Of a stretch of 64,000 nt of DNA, positions 57,894-64,000 are shown piece by piece. Each line of letters opens with the position of its first letter. Position 1 is the stretch's first letter. The notes under the pieces are model-generated. The model was not told the origin of the DNA. It was given only the letters and a program-made list of their open reading frames with translations, and did no database searches. Both the position numbers and the translations under genes were made by a program. This stretch comes from Raillietiella orientalis (taxonomy: Eukaryota): contig JAYWIR010000047.1 in NCBI GenBank assembly GCA_036172245.1, positions 992,001 through 1,056,000 on the forward strand. The letters are read 5' to 3'.

Positions 57894-60249
57894 CTCGCGG
57901 ATGCAAAGTTGGTCCGCCGACTGCCGGCATTTACCAGGCGAAGGCATGGCACACCTGAGAGGCTGCTGTCTACCGAGAGGTTCGGTTCGGCCGGGTTGCC
58001 TCTCTGTCCGGGCCGTGTGCGGATGGAAGCAAGCCGTGTGCTGGGAGGAGGGGAGGGGGGAGGAAAATCCCGGGACCTGGAGATACCTCCCGTCGCGCTG
58101 ACACACGTGCGCCTCCAGGAGAGGAAGTAAGGGGAGGGGGGAGAGAGAGAGAGAATAAAAAGCATAAAAAGCCTGTCGCTTTGTCTCACCACTAGCCCAC
58201 CCCCCTTCCTTGGGGAGGGGGGGGGGGGAAGGGACGAAAGAAGGGAAGAACAGAACAAAACGAAACAGCGAGGTGAAGCGGGGAGCGGCATTCATCCTGT
58301 GGGGCAGAGATGGACGCTGACCACCCATGTCCCCCTCCTGGGAGATGCGTTCCGTGGAATCTCCTCGAGTGAGAGGGGAGAAGCGGGAAAGCCAGAAAAA
58401 GCGTTGCTTTTTTCAGAGAGGAACCGTTTCTAGGAAAAAATTCCGGTCAGTAGCGACCTCCCGGGGGCATCAGATTCCGCCTTTGCCCCACCCCATACCC
58501 GCGCTGGAAGTCCCCCTCGCCGAAGGAGATCCGCTTGCCGGGATCGGGGAGTTCCAAAGGCCAAGTCATCTCCCACTGGAGCTGCTCCCACCAACGGCCT
58601 CCGGTGACGGTGGCGGGGTCGTTCACAAGTTCGACTTCCAGGGGGGGGTCGAAGCATCCGATAGACGGGCAGTGGGATGAGTGGACTCTCTCCGCCCCCC
58701 TCCCCTCTTCCGAATTCAGAGAAGAGCCGGAGGAAGCCCTCCTGCTCCGATGAGAACTGGGAGAGCCTCCTGGAAGGGAGCAGGGAGGCTGGGAAGAGGG
58801 AGCGCGCGCCTGCTTCCCGACCGCTCTTTGCAGGAGCGTGCGCACGCGCGCGGAAGATGCGGAGCGCCGTCTGCCGGACATCCGCGCGCCGGAGGCGGCA
58901 GACGGAGAGCGACCGGACTCCGTCCGCCCGCGGGCGGAAGGTCACGTGGCCTGTTGCGTCTCTCGCGGAGCCAGGCTGGCGCCGCCCATAGGCGAGGTTC
59001 CTAGAGGAAAAACACCGCCTCCAGTGAGCCAAGGCCCCACCTCGCGGTCGGCCCTCTCCGGCGGGGGTCGGCCGCACTCCCCAGGAGCAGCCGCTCCCTC
59101 ACCGTTCACCGGAGGCAGGCGGTCAGCTTCCGCCGGGAGGAGCTGCTCCCGGGGCGCCAGGCCGCTTTCTCCGCCCGGACGGACAGCCAGAGACGAGCCC
59201 TCCGGCGAACTATCACTCACACGCCCGTACGCCCGCCGCTGTCTCCGACCTTCCCGCGCGCCCACCAAGAAGACCCCAAACAGCGAGCTCACCCGTAGTC
59301 GATCGGGGAAGGCCGGCGTCGACGCAGCGCCCGCGGAAGCCGGGCAGACGTCTCGCCCAACGTCTTCCCATCCCAAAGGAACACGTGTTCGCCTCTCGAG
59401 CGCATTCTCGCGGGAAAAAGGGAGGAAGAGGAGAAATCCTCTAGGCTCCTGGGGCGCCATCCGATCCGATCGTCGCGGAGAGGCGGCGCTGCCCGCGGAG
59501 GGCACACAGGTTCGCCCCCTGCCCCGGGAAGCGCGGCAACGAGCGGAAAGACCCCGCGCAGGGCGCCGGGGAAAAGGCCTCCGTCCCTTGCCCCCTCCCG
59601 ACTTTCCTTCTTCGCAGCGCGCCCCGGGATCCCCTGGGTCGCACGTCGAGGTCGCCGGGAGCCTTTTCCCATCTTCCTGGATCTCAAGAAAGGTAAGCGG
59701 AAGGTGTCCTTCCACCCACCGCCTGCTCTGGCGCGGCTCAAACAAGGACGTCGCCCCGCCCTGGAAGTAGCCCCGCTGTAGGGAGGACTCCCTCCCCCAG
59801 CCACCCTACCCCTTTGTCGCCAGCTTCAGGGAGCGCCGAAGCTGGTCCGAAGCCGAGGATACGAACGCACGAGGGGGGGGGGGGAGAGAGGAAGAGGAGG
59901 AGGGAGGAATCACCGCGGAGCAAGCGTTGACGTATGGGGGGACACCTCCTCCACTCCTCCCAACCACTCCCATCCCTCCTCCACCTCCGCAGCAGGGATC
60001 GGACAGTGCAGATGCTGGTCCACGGATTTTCGTCTCCTCTCCGCCTCACGTGGGCGGGAGGGAGGTGCGGATTGCGGCTGTCAATGAGAGACGCCCCTGC
60101 AGGCGTCCAGCGCCCGCGCCGCACGCTCTCCAAGGCGGCAACAGCCAGCTGTCGAGATGGGAGGGGGTTAGGGAGGGAGGACGAACCGACGACGCCTGCC
60201 ATGCTCTTTCACTTCGTCCTGGAGAGGGCAGCACAGTGAGGAGGGGAAG

Positions 60250-62700
60250 AAGCATGACGCTAACGCCTCAATGGGGCAGAGGAAGAGAGGAGGATGAGGG
60301 CCTCATCCGCCGAGCGTCGGCAGTCGCTGTTGTCTGGAAGATCGCGGTGGAGAGCCGCGGGATGCGCCTCCCTCTCCGAGCGACCCGCCGTCGTCTCCTG
60401 TGGCTACGGGTCCCGGTGTCGGAAAATCTTCTCCCACCTTCCAAGGCCCTGTCCCCAGGTGAAGTCAGCTCTCCGTTTCCCTCCGGACACGAGCGCAGGG
60501 GAGAAGGACGGTCGCTCGAAGTGGTTCGCGGCCACCGCCACAGCCGAAGACCGGCTGTTCCTCCTGTAGGGACTCCCGCCGAAATGACGCGCTGCCGGTG
60601 CGAACTCTTTGTCCTCACCAGCGGCTCCTTCTCAGCCCACTCGTACACCCGGTCCTGGCGGCGTGGCGCTTCCCAGAATGCCATTCGGAACGCGCGGACT
60701 GAGCTGAACGAGCAAGATGGAGCCGCCTCCCTGTAGGCAGTCAGGGAGGGCGAGATGGCTCCTTCCCTTCCTCTTGAGGTCTCGTCTGACGTCTGTCAGC
60801 GTCCCCCTTGCGTGGTCACCCGCCTGCTTCCCGTCCTCCGAGGCGCTGTCGCGTGCTTCCTCCCGAGCGGCGGCGCTGAACCCGCCGTTTGGCCGTAGGT
60901 CTCGTGGTTGGGTGCCCGAGACGGTTCGCATCCGAGGAGAGTGAGGAACCGACCTCTCTGACCAGCTCCTCCTCCCCCTCTTCTTCCGAGCGGCGCGCGT
61001 GCTTAGCTGCCGCCGCGCAATGCGGGTTCGGCGGCGACGGATGTCGGGACGCTCTCTCGTAGCCGGAAAGCCCGACGGCCCGACGGTTCCTCCTAGAGCA
61101 GCGCTCCGACTTCCGAGGCCGCGCGGATCGGTCTCGGCGGCGGTGCGGGGGAAAGGAGGGGAAGACCCGACGGTGCGCGGGACCGGGAGGGACCGGGCGG
61201 CGGAAACGCTGCATCGCCCATCGAAGAACGGAGGGCCGACCCACCGAGGGAGACAAACCTTCGAAACACCAGGCGGCTGAGAGCACGTGTCAGCGCTTTC
61301 CAAGAGCTCGAGGGAGAGCACGCGGTGCGAAGGATGGGAAGGTCGCCAGCCGGGCTGCGACTGCTCCTCCGACCAACATCGACCGACCTAAGGAGGGACG
61401 CTCTGGTGACTTCTCGCACAGGAAGGGCCCGGTCGCAAGAGCGGGGACCCTTATGGATACCGTCGCGTCGCGCCAGCCGAACCGCTCTGTCGTCCAGCAA
61501 GACGGACGGTGCGAGGCGCTGCCTGAATGGAACCACCCGCACCTTCCTCCTCGGGTGATTCCTGCAGACGAGATGGAAGCCTGTCGAGGAAGCAGCAGCT
61601 CACTTCCCGCGATCCCTCTTCCTTCTGCCCCCTCCGAACCTCTTCGTGACCCTCGAAAAAGTCGGGGGGTCGGGAAAAAAACTGAGATGCCATCCCAGAC
61701 GGGACAGCAGAGAGCCGGGACGAGATCAGTCAGTAGCCTTCTGCATGGTCCTCTACTTATCCCCCAATCAGGATCCGAGGAGTAAAGCAAGAAAGCAGGT
61801 GGCCACGAGAGAGAATGCCGACGGTCAGCTGGCAGTCGAAGTTCCCTCTCTGTCGGCGCGGTCTCTCGCGTGCACCGGTCGCGACCACCGAGCCACAGAA
61901 TCCGCTCCTTTGGTTCGGCGGTCCACGGGATGCTCTCGACAGAGTCCGGGAGCGGGAGGAAAATCCGACATCTCTCTGGAGGGACCTCCTGGAAGGGTTG
62001 AACCCTTCTTCCCCCGCGTCTCATTTTCTTCCCTGCTCCCAGATTCAGACTGGCTCGTGCTTCCCTATGCCTCGCGGCCTACTGAGAAGGGAAGTGCTCT
62101 CTGGACTGAAAACTTTCGGCGCATGCTGGCACATGTCTGCCCCGACGACCGTCCTTCCCCGGAGACTTTGCTCCTGAGCTCTTGCACGGTCCGCAGCGTC
62201 GCTCGTCCAGACCCTAGAGCCGCGGACGGTCCGAAACTCTCGCGGGTTGCCTCCGCAGATGAAGCACTGCAAGGCACCCCGGATGCGTGGTGGCATCTCT
62301 GCCCGCCGCCTTCGCGATCTACGAGAATCCATCAGAAGGTGATGTAACGCTTCCTCCCTTCATCCACTCCCCTCGCCCATCAGTTGCATGAAGAGGAGGC
62401 AGCCTGCTTTGCAATGCCTGAGATTTCCTGCCGAGGTCCCCAACGCCTCCTACCTACTCTTCATTCTCGGTTGCACCGTGCCGCTGCTGCCTCCAAGTTT
62501 CCTGGCGCCAAAGCGAAACTCCTCCCCCTCGAGAATTCCGTGCTTCCGCGTCCGTAAACAGTAGCCGCTCCCGGCGTCACCACCTTCGACCACCACGAAA
62601 TCACAGCCAGAGTAACCGACCGCAGCAAAGTGGTGGCCTCTCAGGGGAACGGGTCTGAAGCAAAGCAAACCACAGCTGCGCGAGTGGTATTCTCAGTCAA
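60250..62700 (-). mobile_element. Degenerate R1/I-like LINE remnant (RT thumb + possible RNase H)
   Basis: ISWWSK, VFSPEST, IPW...WLG, DPDWGISRGPCRRLLTDLVPALCCPVWDG, LAG, FFDG, PEGNGE in expected order. Confidence 0.5.
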
Positions 62701-63014
62701 CCGAGCGACGCTGCCGAGGCGCCAACTGCGAGGGCAACTCAACCCGCCCCCATGCGGCAAGATTGGTGGGGGCCCAACTTCGCATTTTCGATCCGCCGCT
62801 GGTGTCAAAGATGGGTCCTTTCGACAGGAACTTGGCGTTCCACCGTCAACTCCACGCACGTTTTCTTTGCCAAGCAGAGAATCGCTTCCGGCATTTTTAC
62901 CAAAAAAAAAAAAAATGAGAAGGAGGGGGGGAGGGCAGTGTTCTGGTGCGGTCGTTTCGACGTATAGTCATCTACTTTGCTTTGACATTCACATGAAATG
63001 CCGGAAGCTAGTGG

Positions 63015-64000
63015 TTTTTCACACAGGTACGTCGGAGCATTTATTTTAAAATAAACTTGCAATTTTGGTGGTGGGACGACCCCTTGGCCCTACCACGCGC
63101 AGAATTTGCAGTCCACTTGCCATTTGGGAGACTCCATGCGGAGACACGGAGAATGGGGAAAAACAAAAAGAAAAGTAAAATGAAAAGAAGAAGAAAAAAA
63201 AAAAAGACGGTTCGTTTGGGGTGTTCGGGAAGGGTGTCACGGTGTGCCTCGCGATGCCCCGTTCATCCTCTGGAGGATGCTGGCAAGTTCGTTTTTCTTG
63301 CTCCCCAGATGGGGCCATCTCGCGGCGATCTTCAGAAAGAGTTTCGTCCAGCGGGTGGCACCCCTATCGGGCTGGCCTCTTCCCGCGGCCATCCAAGCCG
63401 CCGCCACTCCCCGCATGCAGCAAATGGTTGCTAAGCACGCGGCTCTTGGCAGGACGTCATGCACGAAGAGGCGCTTAACACGGTCTCTGGGGCTCCTCCC
63501 GGGGACGCGGAGGGGCCTCCGAAAAGCGTTCCCAGAGGGACCGAAGGGCAGCACAGCCGAGGATCAGGTGCGTAAAAGTCCTGTAGGGTGGGACGCTCGG
63601 GGTCGCAGCGTCCGCGAGTTCCCGTGTCGAGTGTTGGCGAGCGATGTCACGGCACCGCGACACAGTTGGCGAAAGTTACTTCGCTGTGGAGACTGCGGCC
63701 CGCTGCGAGTGCGACGACACCAAAGGCAGGAAGGCCGGGAAAGTCCACGCCGCACTTCCTGCGGGCGCGCGACCATCAGATTTTTCGAAGTTGCTCCCTC
63801 AGCTCCCGCGACGACCCGGAGAAGCAGCGGGCCTCTTGGCGGCTTCCATCACGAGTCGATCGATGGTTCATCGCCTCCCGTTCTGTATGCTATCAAACAC
63901 AGCCGTTCCGTCACCTGGAAGGTCAGCTGGGCGCACCGCGGTTGCTACCCGAAGTGAGCGACCCCGCTTCGGATTTCTGGACTTTGCTTCGCGCGAGCGG
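63015..64000 (-). mobile_element. 3' end of another Tx1-like LINE of the element 1 family (element 3; runs off window)
   Basis: THLILGCAALRSLWERF and SPRDRVKRLFVHDVL...GVAAAW...FLKIAARWPHLGSKKNELASILQRM (ORF stop at 63237-63239) align with the element 1 tail. T-rich UTR and AAGTTTATTTTnnAATAAA are shared with element 1. Confidence 0.85.

Noticed and set aside
35900..62400. Many long ORFs in GC-rich regions (e.g. 36642-38117, 37708-38826, 52435-53736, 58838-59770)
   Set aside because: Arg/Pro/Gly/Ala-rich, overlapping on both strands and without domains; expected from stop-codon scarcity at high GC and partly explained by TE fossils.

Overview
Eukaryotic (invertebrate, probably arthropod-like; inference from RtcB/DDX3/glypican signatures and 41-70 nt introns) genomic DNA. 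Three intact spliced genes: RTCB (+, 13575-15728, 9 exons), a DDX3/belle DEAD-box helicase (-, 31411-22763, 14 exons) and a GPC3/5-Dally-type glypican (-, 57893 to about 41251; terminal GPI exon not resolved). The rest is largely transposon fossils: a near full-length Tx1/L1-clade LINE (1-6373) with three relatives, a Helentron (PIF1 helicase + APE endonuclease), and R2/NeSL-, RTE-, R1/I- and gypsy-like remnants. Many of these are visible only by motif reading across frameshifts. Most notable observations: (1) a 23-bp perfect long-range inverted repeat in the one long DDX3 intron, whose upstream arm contains a branch-point consensus in front of a cryptic stop-containing exon (candidate helicase autoregulatory splicing switch); (2) a conserved AATAAA-stem-loop-TGA(T)AAA terminus in three Tx1 copies, one ending exactly in the T-loop of a tRNA-His-like sequence; (3) sharply bounded AT-rich/CpG-poor versus very GC-rich domains, with retroelement motifs in the GC-rich domains decayed directionally toward G/C. 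All calls come from manual reading without database searches.
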